A stretch of 64,000 bases of DNA from an uncultured delta proteobacterium. GTDB lineage: Bacteria; Myxococcota_A; Polyangia; Polyangiales; Houyiibacteriaceae. Both the position numbers and the translations under genes were made by a program. This document shows positions 9,512 through 19,572 of the stretch, in pieces (within the stretch, counting starts at the first letter, position 1; each line of letters starts with the position of its first letter). The notes below the pieces were generated by a model. The model saw only the letters and a program-made list of their open reading frames with translations, was not told the DNA's origin and searched no databases. The stretch is taken from positions 672,001 to 736,000 of the forward strand of contig CAVOVB010000001.1 of NCBI GenBank assembly GCA_963699755.1. The letters are read 5' to 3'.

Positions 9512-10792
9512 CTATGGGGCGTCCGTGGCGCTGCCGCTGCGTTCACTCTGCTCGGTTCGAGGGACGAAACCACTCGGGACGCGGGGCGGAGGCGGCACGA
9601 CGCTCTCGGGGGCAATGGTCGTTCGAAGCATTCGCGTGCCCCAGGGTGCGCGCGCGGCCACGAACAGCGAGAGCAGGAGCAAGGCCAGCACGATGCCGGC
9701 AAGCCAGCGGTTAGCCTGCCGCTTCTGGAAGATATCGCCTGCGCCGACTTCCGGCATCGTGCGCGGGGCAATCTCCAGCCCGTACCTCTCCGCCAGCTCT
9801 ACAATCTGCGTCAAGTGGATCCCGGGCACGCCGATCTCGAGAAAAGCACCCAGCACCGACGGAGGCATGTCCTCGATGCCTTTTGGCGGCCGCGTGTTGA
9901 CGCCAGGCACGAACTTGCGCTTCCCGACCTTCGTGCCGACCGACACCGTACCGCCGCCTATGTTGACGTAGGCCTTGATGGGACGGTCGCCTGCGACTTC
10001 GTGGTAGAGGCGAACACGCTCTTGGACGCGATCTTGATCGACCAGACCGTAGTTCTGCGGGACCTGTTCGGCCTCCTCTTCGTCGCTGTCCGATCGCGAG
10101 TCGTCCGACTCGATCTCCGCAAGCACCGGAATCTTGTTCCGCTCGATGGCGCGCTGGAGCATCTGGCGCCCGCGCTTGGTGAGGCCGATGGCATCGTCGC
10201 CCACACCACCGAGCGACGCGGCAACCGATTTGTAAGGGAAGACCTGGTTCTTGCGGAGCGCGGCTTCCATGTCGAGCCACGTGAAGCTGGGATCGTTGGC
10301 ACCATACTGGGAAGCCGCAGTGCTCGAGATGATGATGGGCTCGAGACCGAGCTCGTGAATCGCGGCGTAGACCGCTACATTGATCGCAGGGAAGGAACCG
10401 GAGACGCCGACGGCGACCACGTCGCCGGTCTTGACATGAATCTCCTTCAGCCACTCCACCACCACCGCGGCGAAGTTGGGGTTCACTGTGGTTTGCTTGG
10501 AAACCAGGCTGCCGCTGCCGCTGGTGATCGGCGATAGTGGATCGCCAATCAACCTCGAGCCGGATGGATCGAACTTGGGCTCGAGGCGAAAGCCGCGCTG
10601 TTCAGAAGCGTCGGCGATGACGTCAAACGCGTCTTGCGCCTTGCGGGCGGCGAGCATCTTCTCTGCGTAGTGGGGCTGCTGCTCTTCGGTGGGGAACACC
10701 TCGACCGCCACGAGTCCGACCACAGCCAGCGCCGCAACCAGCGCGCGCTGAACCTGAGAGGCCCCCTCGGGCTTCCAGTACATCCCTCTCAT
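9512..10792 (-). CDS. pgsW: Poly-gamma-glutamate system protein PgsW
   Basis: SKQTTVNPNFAA, GVSGSFP, ASQYGANDP, ASLGG and YVNIGGG motifs; follows pgsC with ATGA overlap. Start reset to MRGMYW. Confidence 0.85.
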   Translation of the reverse strand: MRGMYWKPEGASQVQRALVAALAVVGLVAVEVFPTEEQQPHYAEKMLAARKAQDAFDVIADASEQRGFRLEPKFDPSGSRLIGDPLSPITSGSGSLVSKQTTVNPNFAAVVVEWLKEIHVKTGDVVAVGVSGSFPAINVAVYAAIHELGLEPIIISSTAASQYGANDPSFTWLDMEAALRKNQVFPYKSVAASLGGVGDDAIGLTKRGRQMLQRAIERNKIPVLAEIESDDSRSDSDEEEAEQVPQNYGLVDQDRVQERVRLYHEVAGDRPIKAYVNIGGGTVSVGTKVGKRKFVPGVNTRPPKGIEDMPPSVLGAFLEIGVPGIHLTQIVELAERYGLEIAPRTMPEVGAGDIFQKRQANRWLAGIVLALLLLSLFVAARAPWGTRMLRTTIAPESVVPPPPRVPSGFVPRTEQSERSGSATDAP

Positions 10793-11247
10793 AGCGCTAC
10801 CTCTCCAATCGCTACGACCAAGACCATGCGAACGATGATCGCCGCAGTGACGAGGCTGAGCGTCGTCTCGAGGACGCCCTGCCGCTGGTACCAAATCGCG
10901 ATGAGCCCTGGAATGATGAAGCCGATGATCGCGCCTTCGGCGAACGGAGCAGCGGGGGAGTCCAACCACATTCGCATACCGAGGCCCACCAGATAGCCGA
11001 CCAGAATGGTGAGCGCCGTTCGACGTCGGCCGTAGACAATCGCGATCTGCGAAACGCCCTTGAGAAAGCCGAAGGTCAAGAGGGCGGCCAGCAGCGTCAA
11101 CCCGATATCGACCGGCTGGTTCATGTAGAGGGCAATGTAGCCTGGGACGACCATCCCGCCGGCTGCAAGCCCGAAGAGCTCGCCGTAGAGAAGGCTGGCT
11201 GCAAGGCCCAGCCCGATCGAAAGGGTCAACAACTCAATCTCTGGCAT
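10789..11247 (-). CDS. pgsC: Poly-gamma-glutamate biosynthesis protein PgsC/CapC
   Basis: AAGGMVVPGYIAL, YGRRR and IGFIIPGLIA motifs. Confidence 0.93.
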   Translation of the reverse strand: MPEIELLTLSIGLGLAASLLYGELFGLAAGGMVVPGYIALYMNQPVDIGLTLLAALLTFGFLKGVSQIAIVYGRRRTALTILVGYLVGLGMRMWLDSPAAPFAEGAIIGFIIPGLIAIWYQRQGVLETTLSLVTAAIIVRMVLVVAIGEVAL

Positions 11248-12430
11248 GGTCCATCCCCCGATTGGCGAAATACTCGGCCAACGCCAAGCCCGGCCCCGCA
11301 ATGTTCCCAAGGCCCATCACCAGGGCGGAAGGCTCGGCAAGGCCGAGCAGAATCTCGAAAATGTCGGCCGGATGGGTCCGGTCGACGAAAACCAAACGCG
11401 TCGGATCGAGACCGCTCTTCACCGCGGCTCGGGCGAAAATGTACTGACCGCTGCCAAGCAAGACCACCTCGTCCGCCTGGGTCCATTGGGCGTATGACTC
11501 GGCGAGTTGCTCGGAGCGGTCGGCGCGGTCCGATCGGCAATTGAAGACGGCGATACGCCTGGTGAGCTCGCGATGCCGGCGCAGGGATTGCTCCCAGATG
11601 TAGTGGGTCGAAATCGGGTCGTTGGCCGCGAATCCGTTGACGAAGACGATGTGTCGGCCGAAAAACTCCACCTGGGCTTCGGTCATCGCTCCAGGGTCCG
11701 GCTTGGCTCTCCACATGCCTCGAAGAGCAGTCTCGTTGTCGATCCCGATTTCCTCGCAGACGGCAAGGGCGAGCTCGATGTTGTCCCGGTGCTCCAGATA
11801 GGAGAATGCCGCCACTTCTTCGTCCGTGAGCGGCCGGCTGATCTGCTCGGAGGCGTGAAAGCGTGAACCACGATCGGCGGCAACTTCTTCAAAAAAGGGG
11901 CGATGATGCCGCTCAGCGGTTAGAAAGACGCCGTTGACCGGAACCGTTGCGGCAAGCGCCCGAGCGACGTCGTCCTCGGTGGGGCCCATCACGTCGAGAT
12001 GATCGGGGCGCGCGTTGGTGATGACGCCGTGCGTGGCGCGAACGAGCTTCGACTCGGAAAGCCACTGAAGTTGGGGTTGGAGCGCCATGCACTCCACGAC
12101 GAGCGCATCGGCTCGCTGGGCGGCGGCCATGGTGATCGACTGCTTCTGCTCGATCACGTTGGCGCCGCCGGGACGGTAGACCGGCACTTCGCGGCCGTTT
12201 GGCAAAATGAAGCGGGGCACGGTGCCCGTGGTCTTGGCCACTGTGCGAAAGCCGGCTTCCCGCAGGCCGGCGGCGATGAGCCGGGTCACGCTCGTCTTTC
12301 CGCGCGTGCCGTTCACATGAATGCGAATGGGAATCCGCCGCAGCCGGCTCCGGTGAAGGATGAGCTCGATAATACCCATCGCGATGAGCAGCCCGCAGGC
12401 ACAGAGAAGGATGACAATCTCGTTAGACAC
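11234..12430 (-). CDS. pgsB: Poly-gamma-glutamate synthase PgsB/CapB
   Basis: IRIHVNGTRGKTS, AKTTGT, ECMALQP, NARPDHLDVMGP, NGFAANDP; GTG start at 12430. Confidence 0.95.
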   Translation of the reverse strand: MSNEIVILLCACGLLIAMGIIELILHRSRLRRIPIRIHVNGTRGKTSVTRLIAAGLREAGFRTVAKTTGTVPRFILPNGREVPVYRPGGANVIEQKQSITMAAAQRADALVVECMALQPQLQWLSESKLVRATHGVITNARPDHLDVMGPTEDDVARALAATVPVNGVFLTAERHHRPFFEEVAADRGSRFHASEQISRPLTDEEVAAFSYLEHRDNIELALAVCEEIGIDNETALRGMWRAKPDPGAMTEAQVEFFGRHIVFVNGFAANDPISTHYIWEQSLRRHRELTRRIAVFNCRSDRADRSEQLAESYAQWTQADEVVLLGSGQYIFARAAVKSGLDPTRLVFVDRTHPADIFEILLGLAEPSALVMGLGNIAGPGLALAEYFANRGMDHARD

Positions 12431-12583
12431 TCGACTCGCCCCCGGGATAGATAGATCGGAAGCCCCCTGACGCCTGCCTCTTATCAGGTGCCGCTGCTGC
12501 GGCAAACCCGCTGCGCTGCGGCCTCCAAGGGTGTCGCGGCTGCGCCGGCCTCTCTTGCGAACTTGGTCACCGTGGCCCCTCCA

Positions 12584-12673
12584 TACCCCTAAAGGATGAA
12601 TAAAAATGTAATGAACTGTCGTGATCCCTAGACACCTACACCCTTAGGGATCCATACAGACCCTAAGGGGTGA
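12584..12673. promoter_or_regulatory. Three 7-2-7 imperfect palindromes (NarL/LuxR-type operator candidates) in the divergent pgsB / DUF1592 intergenic region
   Basis: TACCCCT-AA-AGGATGA (12584), ACACCCT-TA-GGGATCC (12638), AGACCCT-AA-GGGGTGA (12658). The 15-mer GACACCTACACCCTT recurs at 41329. Confidence 0.6.
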
Positions 12674-12677
12674 AATA

Positions 12678-14459
12678 GTGAAACGAGGGGTTTGCTTGGG
12701 CCTAGTGGGCCTTCTACTGCTTGGATGCGAGGGCGTGATTGGGGGAGCCGATGGCGGGCCACGTCTGGGGGACGACGGCCCGTCCAACGATCCCGGCTCA
12801 TCGTTCGGATACGCGAGTCAGGCCTCGCTGCTCCGGCTGACCAAGGCTCAGCACCAGCGAACGATGGCGGACCTCCTCGGTCACTTCCTCGGTGAAGATG
12901 CCGGCGCCGTGCTCGACGCAATCGAGCCGGCGTACGGCATCATCCCCGACGACCCATCGGAGATCGACATCGGCGGCCTGGTCGGCTCCACGTTCAGCCG
13001 CATGTCCCAGAACGTGGGCGAGCTTCACGTCCGCGGCTACTTCGACGTCGCACAGATCGCGGCCAATGCGATCGTGCAAGACGACCTGCGGCGCGGCAGA
13101 ATGTTCGGCAGCTGCGTCGACGCTGCGAGCGACGACCACTCCTCGTGCATCCTGCCCTTCATCGACTCGTTTGGCCTCTGGGCGATGCGCCGCCCGCTAA
13201 CCGATGAGGAGCGCGACTTCTTTCACCACGCGATCTTCGCGAACGACAGGCAGAATTACGAAGCGACGCCGCAGGCCCTTGCTGACCTGCTCGTCGCCTT
13301 CCTAATCTCCCCCAATTTCGTCTATCGGGTGGAAACGGGTGGTGAGGAAATCGACGAGGGCCTCTACGAGCTCGACGGGTTCGGGCTTGCCTCTCGGCTT
13401 TCGTACCATTTCTGGGGATCGATGCCCGATGAAGAGCTCTTCGCTGCAGCGGAGGATGGCTCTCTAATGACCGAAAGCGGTTACAACGCCCAAGTCGAGC
13501 GCATCTATTCCGACGCGCGCACGCGTGTGACCTTCCAGTCCTTCTTTGACGAATGGCTCGAGCTCTATAAATCTGGCGATCCCTTTGGCGGCGTGTCCTC
13601 TGGGAATGCGCAGAAGATGGCCTTCATCGAAGGGGTCAACGTCTCGCCGCAGCTTCGGGACAACATGATCGCCGAGGCGCTCGAGATGACGGAGTACTAT
13701 CGTCAGCACGGCACCTTCGAAGACCTCTTCACCAGCACGGGATCGTTCGCGCGAACAGCAGATCTTGCCGCGATCTACGAGGTTCCGACCTGGAGCGGCC
13801 AAGGGCCGCCAATCGAGTTCCCGACGCCTGAGCGCAGGGGAGTGCTCGGCCGGGCGGCGCTACTCGCAGCAGCAACGGTGCAAACCCACCCGATCCTCCG
13901 AGGGGTTCGCATTCGTGAGAACTTCTTGTGCGATGCGCTCGGGACGCCGCCTGCGAACGTCAACCGAGACATCGAGGAAGTCGACGCGCTAGTCGGCGCG
14001 ACCACACGGGAAAAGGTCGAGTTCCTGACCAGCCCCGGCGGCTGCGCGGGTTGTCACCAGTACATCAATGGGCTCGGCTTTCCGCTCGAAGCCTTTGACG
14101 CACTGGGCCGGCACCGAAGCGCTGAGATGGTCATCGATACCGAAGGCGGCGTGGAAATGTTTCCGATTGATGTTGCGGCCACACCGTTTATCGACGGGCT
14201 CGGTGACGACCGCACGGTGACTGGGCCGGCCGAACTCGTCGATCAGCTCATGGAGGGCGGCCAGCTTCAAGACTGCTTCGCGCAGCACTACGTTCGCTTC
14301 GCGCTGGGGCTCACCGCTGACCCGGACTTCGGAGGCGACCCCGAGACGATCGAAGCCCTGGGCGACGAGTTGCGCTCAGGAGCCCTTTTGAGCGACGCGC
14401 TCAAGCTGATCGCATTCATGCCGGCGTTCAAGCAACGCCTGAGAGGAGACGAGTCCTAA
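12678..14459 (+). CDS. DUF1592/DUF1588-type (PSD/PSCyt) lipoprotein with c-type heme motif
   Basis: Lipobox [47 protein letters not shown]. Confidence 0.88.
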   Translation: MKRGVCLGLVGLLLLGCEGVIGGADGGPRLGDDGPSNDPGSSFGYASQASLLRLTKAQHQRTMADLLGHFLGEDAGAVLDAIEPAYGIIPDDPSEIDIGGLVGSTFSRMSQNVGELHVRGYFDVAQIAANAIVQDDLRRGRMFGSCVDAASDDHSSCILPFIDSFGLWAMRRPLTDEERDFFHHAIFANDRQNYEATPQALADLLVAFLISPNFVYRVETGGEEIDEGLYELDGFGLASRLSYHFWGSMPDEELFAAAEDGSLMTESGYNAQVERIYSDARTRVTFQSFFDEWLELYKSGDPFGGVSSGNAQKMAFIEGVNVSPQLRDNMIAEALEMTEYYRQHGTFEDLFTSTGSFARTADLAAIYEVPTWSGQGPPIEFPTPERRGVLGRAALLAAATVQTHPILRGVRIRENFLCDALGTPPANVNRDIEEVDALVGATTREKVEFLTSPGGCAGCHQYINGLGFPLEAFDALGRHRSAEMVIDTEGGVEMFPIDVAATPFIDGLGDDRTVTGPAELVDQLMEGGQLQDCFAQHYVRFALGLTADPDFGGDPETIEALGDELRSGALLSDALKLIAFMPAFKQRLRGDES

Positions 14460-16294
14460 TGCCGGTCCGCCAACTGGGTCGCCGCCACTTTCTACTGGGC
14501 ACCGGCGGTGCCGTTCTTTCGATTCCCTTTCTTCAGTCCCTTCAGCCGCGGACCGCGCGAGCCCAGGCGCCAGATCAGAAATTCTTCGTCGCGTACATGA
14601 CTGGTCATGGAGGCGTCTGGCCGGAGCACATGTACCCGGCGAGCAATGTCCTCACCAACAGCCATGCGCTCTACGCCGATCACACGATGCGCTACGGGCC
14701 TCTCTCCGCATCGTCGTCCGGCGGTCAGGTCTCGCTCTCGCCCGTCTTGACCGGTCCGGCTGCTTCGATGCCGCAGAGCCTGGTCAACAAGATGATGGTG
14801 ATCCGAGGGCTCGATGTGCCGACGTACATCGGCCACTCTACGGCCGCCACGCTTGGAAACTACGAGCGAAGGGACCAAGGGCCCGACAGTCCGAGTTTGT
14901 ACGTGCCCACGATCGATCAAATCCTCGCGGCATGGAGCGGATTCTACGGCGGGGGCGATCCGTACATGCTGAAGTCGATGCATGTGGGGGCGGCATTCTC
15001 ATGGGTACAGCGTTCGGCCGGAATTCAGGCGATGGATCCGGCAACCAGCCCCGCTGTCCTGTTCAGCCTAGTGCTCTCTACGGTTCCACCGTATCAGCCT
15101 TCGCCGACGCCTTCACCGACACCTTCGCCGACGCCTTCGCCTTCGCCGACGCCTTCGCCGACGCCTTCACCGACACCTTCGCCGACGCCTTCGCCGACGC
15201 CGACGCCTTCCCCTTCGCCGACGCCTTCGCCGACGCCGACGCCTTCCCCTTCGCCGACGCCTTCGCCGACGCCTTCGCCGACGCCTTCGCCTTCGCCGAC
15301 GCCCAGTCCGATCCCGATGCCGGGGCAGCCCGGGGAGAGCCGAACGCACGTGCTCAATCGTGTGGTGGAGCACTTCAATCAGCTGACCACGGGAGCGTTC
15401 GGAGACGCGCGTCGGCTCAGCGCTGGCGACAAGGCCCGTCTGAACGACCACATGGATATGGTCTCCGACCTAGCCCGCCGCTTCGACACCGCTGATGCGG
15501 TTGCAACGAAGGCCGGGGGAGTCGGAGCCGCCTGCAATCCGCAGTCTGGCAACACCGGGAACACCGACACCAAGGACGACATGTACTCGCCGGTCTACAC
15601 CGACCTGAAAGCCTGGCACGAAGACTACAACGCGGTCTTTGCAGCGGCGATCTCCTGCGGAGCCAGCCGGATCGCTACAGTTCGCATCGAGAACACCTTC
15701 CATCAGAGCTCGCAGTACACGATCGACTGGGAGCAATGGCACGAGCCCGTCGCGCATCGCGCGGCTACGCCGCGAGCCAACTGGAGCGGTGGTACCCATC
15801 CGCAGGACATTCTCATCACTGCGAAGAACAACTTCTATCGCGACGCGTACCTGGATCTACTCGAGCGCTTGGACGCAATCGATGCGGGTGACGGAACCTC
15901 GCTGCTCGACAAGGGCCTGGTCATGTGGTCCCAGGAGTCTGGCCCCGTCACGCACGAAATGGACTCGACTCCGGTCATCACCGCGGGCAGCGTCGACGGC
16001 TACTTCAATACCGGAAACTACTTCGACCTCCGCAACGTGAACGCCCCTCAGTACTGGGACGACGGCAGCGGCAACACCGCGCTCCACGCGCAGCGACGCC
16101 CGGGGATCATGTACAACCAATGGCTGTCGAACATCTTGCAGTCGATGGGCATGAGCCCGAGCGAATTCCAACGAAGCCACCAGTACGGATGGGCGGGCTA
16201 CGGTCACGCCAAGATCGATCGCCCCGAACAGCACCCATCACGGCTGATCAGCGACGCGAACAAGAAGATTCCAAAGGTCACTTCGGGGACCTGA
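14459..16294 (+). CDS. DUF1552 family Tat-exported protein with internal Pro/Thr/Ser repeat
   Basis: GRRHFLLG Tat motif, [22 protein letters not shown]; translationally coupled to the upstream gene. Confidence 0.85.
   Translation: MPVRQLGRRHFLLGTGGAVLSIPFLQSLQPRTARAQAPDQKFFVAYMTGHGGVWPEHMYPASNVLTNSHALYADHTMRYGPLSASSSGGQVSLSPVLTGPAASMPQSLVNKMMVIRGLDVPTYIGHSTAATLGNYERRDQGPDSPSLYVPTIDQILAAWSGFYGGGDPYMLKSMHVGAAFSWVQRSAGIQAMDPATSPAVLFSLVLSTVPPYQPSPTPSPTPSPTPSPSPTPSPTPSPTPSPTPSPTPTPSPSPTPSPTPTPSPSPTPSPTPSPTPSPSPTPSPIPMPGQPGESRTHVLNRVVEHFNQLTTGAFGDARRLSAGDKARLNDHMDMVSDLARRFDTADAVATKAGGVGAACNPQSGNTGNTDTKDDMYSPVYTDLKAWHEDYNAVFAAAISCGASRIATVRIENTFHQSSQYTIDWEQWHEPVAHRAATPRANWSGGTHPQDILITAKNNFYRDAYLDLLERLDAIDAGDGTSLLDKGLVMWSQESGPVTHEMDSTPVITAGSVDGYFNTGNYFDLRNVNAPQYWDDGSGNTALHAQRRPGIMYNQWLSNILQSMGMSPSEFQRSHQYGWAGYGHAKIDRPEQHPSRLISDANKKIPKVTSGT
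15098..15310 (+). repeat. Degenerate 6/12-bp tandem repeat (ccttcgccgacg)n encoding about 71 aa of PSPT
   Basis: Directly visible in the DNA and in the translation. Confidence 0.95.
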
Positions 16295-16300
16295 GCGGTC

Positions 16301-17962
16301 TCACTGCCCTTCGACGATCCTGATCTTCATCAAGTCACTCGATAGGGCGGGCGCGTGGATGGTCAGCTCCGAATCGCTACGCGTCCAACTGCCGTGAACA
16401 TCCTCGCCGATGTAGACCCGGTACGCCCGGTCTGGGTCGAGGTTACGCACGACCAGGTCGGTGGGGCGGGTGGTGACCTGGGCGCCATTGACCGTGACGT
16501 AGAGAATGGGATCGTCCCAGATGGCCTGATTCACGAAGGCATCGGGGTTGGAAACATGTGAGACGAATGGCTGCGCGTAGAAGTCAGGGCCACGTGGGTC
16601 TTCCACGACTGACCGGAAATTGTTTTCCGCCGTCGTCGCCTCTGCCCAGAGGGTGAAGCCGTTGGGAAACACCATGAACAGAGGCCACTCGGATTGATTC
16701 AGAAAGCCGTACTGGTTTCCTACCCAGAATCGCTCGCCCGCGACCGCATCGAATCCTTTCCGGAGCAGCGCGTAGCTGTCCGCATCGCCCATCTCCCGAG
16801 TCAGAACCGCCGCGTAGCCGGTGCCGATCATGTCGATCAGGGACAGATTCTGAAATTGCCCATGTCGGTTGGGTCCAAAGCTCACGATTCCGGTCCCGGG
16901 TTCGACGATCTCGATCGCCTCGCTGATGAAAGTGGGATAGTGCTCCTCGACGACCTCCGGGGCGAAGCCGTGCATGAAGTGGTGTGCCCAGGATGAATAC
17001 GCCCCGGGTAGCACCGTATCGAACTCGGGCACGGCCTCATAGGGCTTGTATCGGTTGTAGTAGTACCTTGTCTCGGGATCGAGCATGTTCGCGCCGTGCC
17101 ACTCGACGAACCGCGCGTTGGCCTCGGACGCATCCAGCTCGATCGACTTGGGCAGGATGGCGAAGGCGAGCTGTGCGACTGTGTTGCAGCAGGTGAAGAC
17201 CCAGGGGGTCTCGCAGCTGACCGAATAGAAGTTATCTCCGTTGCTGTCTCGGTTGCTCAAGCTCTGCTGATAGATGTCGCGTGACAAGTCGCGCAGGTTG
17301 GTCGTCCAGGTCTGGGAGCCGTCCGCGGTCCTGAGCTCGACATCATTATCGATGTACTTCCCGTCGCCGGCGTGCCGCTCATAGAAGCCCATCAACAACT
17401 GAAGATGGCCCGTGTACATGATGTTGTAGGGGTGGATGGGGTTGGCTCCGCCCCAGCTGAAACCGAGCTCATCGCCGCGCATCCAATAATCCCAGACGAC
17501 CGGGTTCAGAAGCTTCTGGATCATCCCATCCATCGTTTCGAGGTAGCGTTCTCGATAAGCAGGCGTCTGTTCGGCGAGCATCGAAACGCCATACCCCGTG
17601 AAAGCAATCGTGTATCGGTGCATGTTCACCGCACCGCCTGGCGCCCCCTCTCCTGCGGCCAAGCCAAACGGTACCTCTGGTCCCCAGTCGGCGGCGTTGA
17701 GGTCGTCCGGCGGAGTGATGGAGATCGAACGGATGTAATTGAACATCCCGAGCTTCTCGTTGCTCACGAAGGGAAGCTCGTCGAAGTCCGCAATCGAACC
17801 GGACTCGCTGAAGTCGTCCAGTCGGTCGATTCCCCCGGCGCCGCCAACACCGCCGGCACCGCCAATGACATCGGCCGGGCTGGCGCTTCCGCTTCCACAA
17901 GCGGTCACGAAGGCCAAGCCTAGGAGGCAAGCGATGGTGAACCCTCTGCTCGGAAATCTCAT
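16301..17962 (-). CDS. Linalool dehydratase/isomerase (LinD)-like lipoprotein
   Basis: RYTIAF, TPAYRE, WDYW, NIMYTGHL and SCETPWVFTCCN resemble LinD motifs; lipobox VTAC with start MRFPSR. Confidence 0.75.
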   Translation of the reverse strand: MRFPSRGFTIACLLGLAFVTACGSGSASPADVIGGAGGVGGAGGIDRLDDFSESGSIADFDELPFVSNEKLGMFNYIRSISITPPDDLNAADWGPEVPFGLAAGEGAPGGAVNMHRYTIAFTGYGVSMLAEQTPAYRERYLETMDGMIQKLLNPVVWDYWMRGDELGFSWGGANPIHPYNIMYTGHLQLLMGFYERHAGDGKYIDNDVELRTADGSQTWTTNLRDLSRDIYQQSLSNRDSNGDNFYSVSCETPWVFTCCNTVAQLAFAILPKSIELDASEANARFVEWHGANMLDPETRYYYNRYKPYEAVPEFDTVLPGAYSSWAHHFMHGFAPEVVEEHYPTFISEAIEIVEPGTGIVSFGPNRHGQFQNLSLIDMIGTGYAAVLTREMGDADSYALLRKGFDAVAGERFWVGNQYGFLNQSEWPLFMVFPNGFTLWAEATTAENNFRSVVEDPRGPDFYAQPFVSHVSNPDAFVNQAIWDDPILYVTVNGAQVTTRPTDLVVRNLDPDRAYRVYIGEDVHGSWTRSDSELTIHAPALSSDLMKIRIVEGQ

Positions 17963-18020
17963 GAAACCTCTCCTGAAGAAGTCGCGTCTCGCAAAGAAGC
18001 GGTATGGTAAAGGCGAGCCG

Positions 18021-18629
18021 ATGTCAACGCTCGTGAGGCCTAGTTTCCCCAAGACCCGCCTGATCGCGTGGGAGGTCTTCGCGATCTGCTCGGTGACCAT
18101 CATCTTGTGTGCGTGCTCGAAGAAGAGCGCCGAGCAAGTGCCGATCATCGCGCAGCTCCCTGCGCCTTCGCTCGTCGACCAGGATCGGCAGGTCTTCGAG
18201 CGCGAAGCGATGGAGGGGAAACTCTGGGTGACCTCCTTCGTGTTCACCCATTGTCGCGCGACCTGCCCGCGACTGATGGCGCAGATGAAGAAGCTACAAG
18301 GACGCGTTTCCAACGTTCCAAGCGCCCAGCTTCTTTCGGTGAGCGTCGATCCGCAAAACGATACACCCGAGGTGATCAAGGCTTACATGCGGAGGAACGG
18401 ATTCGATGAATCCAACTGGCGCTTCGTGACCGGCGACGAAGATGCGGTTCAGGATTTCGTAGTCGGCGGCTTCAAGGTCGGCTACGGTCAGACCCGATGG
18501 TCGACCGAGCTGACACACTCGAATTCCTTGGCACTCGTGGATGACCTCGGCCGGATCCGAGGCTACTACCGCTCGGATGACGAGGGCCTCGCCGAGCTCG
18601 AGCGTGACCTGCGGGCGATTGCGCCCTAG
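18021..18629 (+). CDS. SCO family copper-binding protein
   Basis: FTHCRATCP (CxxxC), SVDPQNDTPE and conserved His in THSN. Confidence 0.9.
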   Translation: MSTLVRPSFPKTRLIAWEVFAICSVTIILCACSKKSAEQVPIIAQLPAPSLVDQDRQVFEREAMEGKLWVTSFVFTHCRATCPRLMAQMKKLQGRVSNVPSAQLLSVSVDPQNDTPEVIKAYMRRNGFDESNWRFVTGDEDAVQDFVVGGFKVGYGQTRWSTELTHSNSLALVDDLGRIRGYYRSDDEGLAELERDLRAIAP

Positions 18630-18703
18630 CAGCGGCAGGGATAGGAGCACGAGCTCTTGAGGTGCAGCGACGAAGTCATGAATGCACCCATCGGCCAAGC
18701 GGC

Positions 18704-19565
18704 ATGAGCGAGGCACGTGAAAATGGGGTCGGGCGACCGCATCGGCTCTTCGGAGTGAAGATGATGAACCTGATCGGTCGTGCGGCCAATGCCCTGGGCA
18801 TGCATCCGATCGCGCTCGACGAAGAAGAGTTGATCGATCGAGCGATCAAGAAAGCGCGGAGCTCGGATTTCGGCGGGGACGAGTTCCGGGAGGGACTTCG
18901 GCGCTTCCTGGCCAGCGCCGCGAGCCAAGCCGAGCTCACCCTACTGGGCCGTCTCATGGTCCAGCGGTACGTGACCGACAACCTCGTCAATCGCTTGAAG
19001 CTGGTCGACTGGCGCAAGAAGCATAGGGCAGTCGGGTGGCGTTCGGGGTGGGCGTTGGGTGCTGAAGTCTCCGGCGCACCTGCACTTGATCGACACGCTC
19101 CTGGATGTGTTTCCCGACGCGCGGATCGTGCATACGCATCGGGACCCGATCAAGGTCTGCGCATCAGTCGCGAGCTTGACTGCCACACTTCGAGGCGCTT
19201 CGACCGACAGGATCGATCTGCACGAGGTCGGCCGCCAGCAGGTCGACTGGTGGGCCAAGCTGATCGACCAATCCCTACGGCAACGAAAGCGCCTCGCGCA
19301 CAAGAGCGAGCAATTCTTCGACGTAACGATGAGCGAAACGGTGTCGGACCCGCTAGACGTGGTGCGCCGAATATACGCGCACTTCGGCTACCCACTCAGC
19401 CACGAAGTACAAGCCCAGATGCTCGCGTTCATGAAGGACAACAGCCGCAACAAGCACGGCTCACACACCTACGCTGCCGAGGACTTTGGAATCGACCCCG
19501 TGCGCGACCGGGCACCGTTCCAAGACTACATTGACTATTTTGGCCTTGCCGAGCCTAGCCGCTGA
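18704..19565 (+). pseudogene. Sulfotransferase (Sulfotransfer_3-like) with internal deletion and frameshift near 19025
   Basis: N-part ...LVNRLKLVDWRKKH joins out of frame to QSGGVRGGRWVLKSPAH...THRDP...S; the central PAPS-binding PRxGTT motif is absent. Confidence 0.8.
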
Positions 19566-19572
19566 CCGATCT

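Noticed and set aside
12501..12545. GGCAAACC suggesting a c-di-GMP-I riboswitch
   Set aside because: Lacks the GAAA tetraloop stem and the downstream GACGCAAA element.
15098..15310. Repeat array as CRISPR, or the poly-Arg / (GEGV)n / (ADAF)n ORFs in other frames
   Set aside because: No unique spacers; it is an in-frame coding microsatellite and the other frames are by-products.
16301..17962. Possible oxidosqualene/squalene-hopene cyclase for the sterol island
   Set aside because: No DCTAE/DXDD or QW motifs; the motifs match LinD instead.
18662..19534. Intact 290-aa ORF, or a programmed frameshift
   Set aside because: The C-terminal part is out-of-frame text, there is no slippery sequence, and the catalytic core is physically missing.
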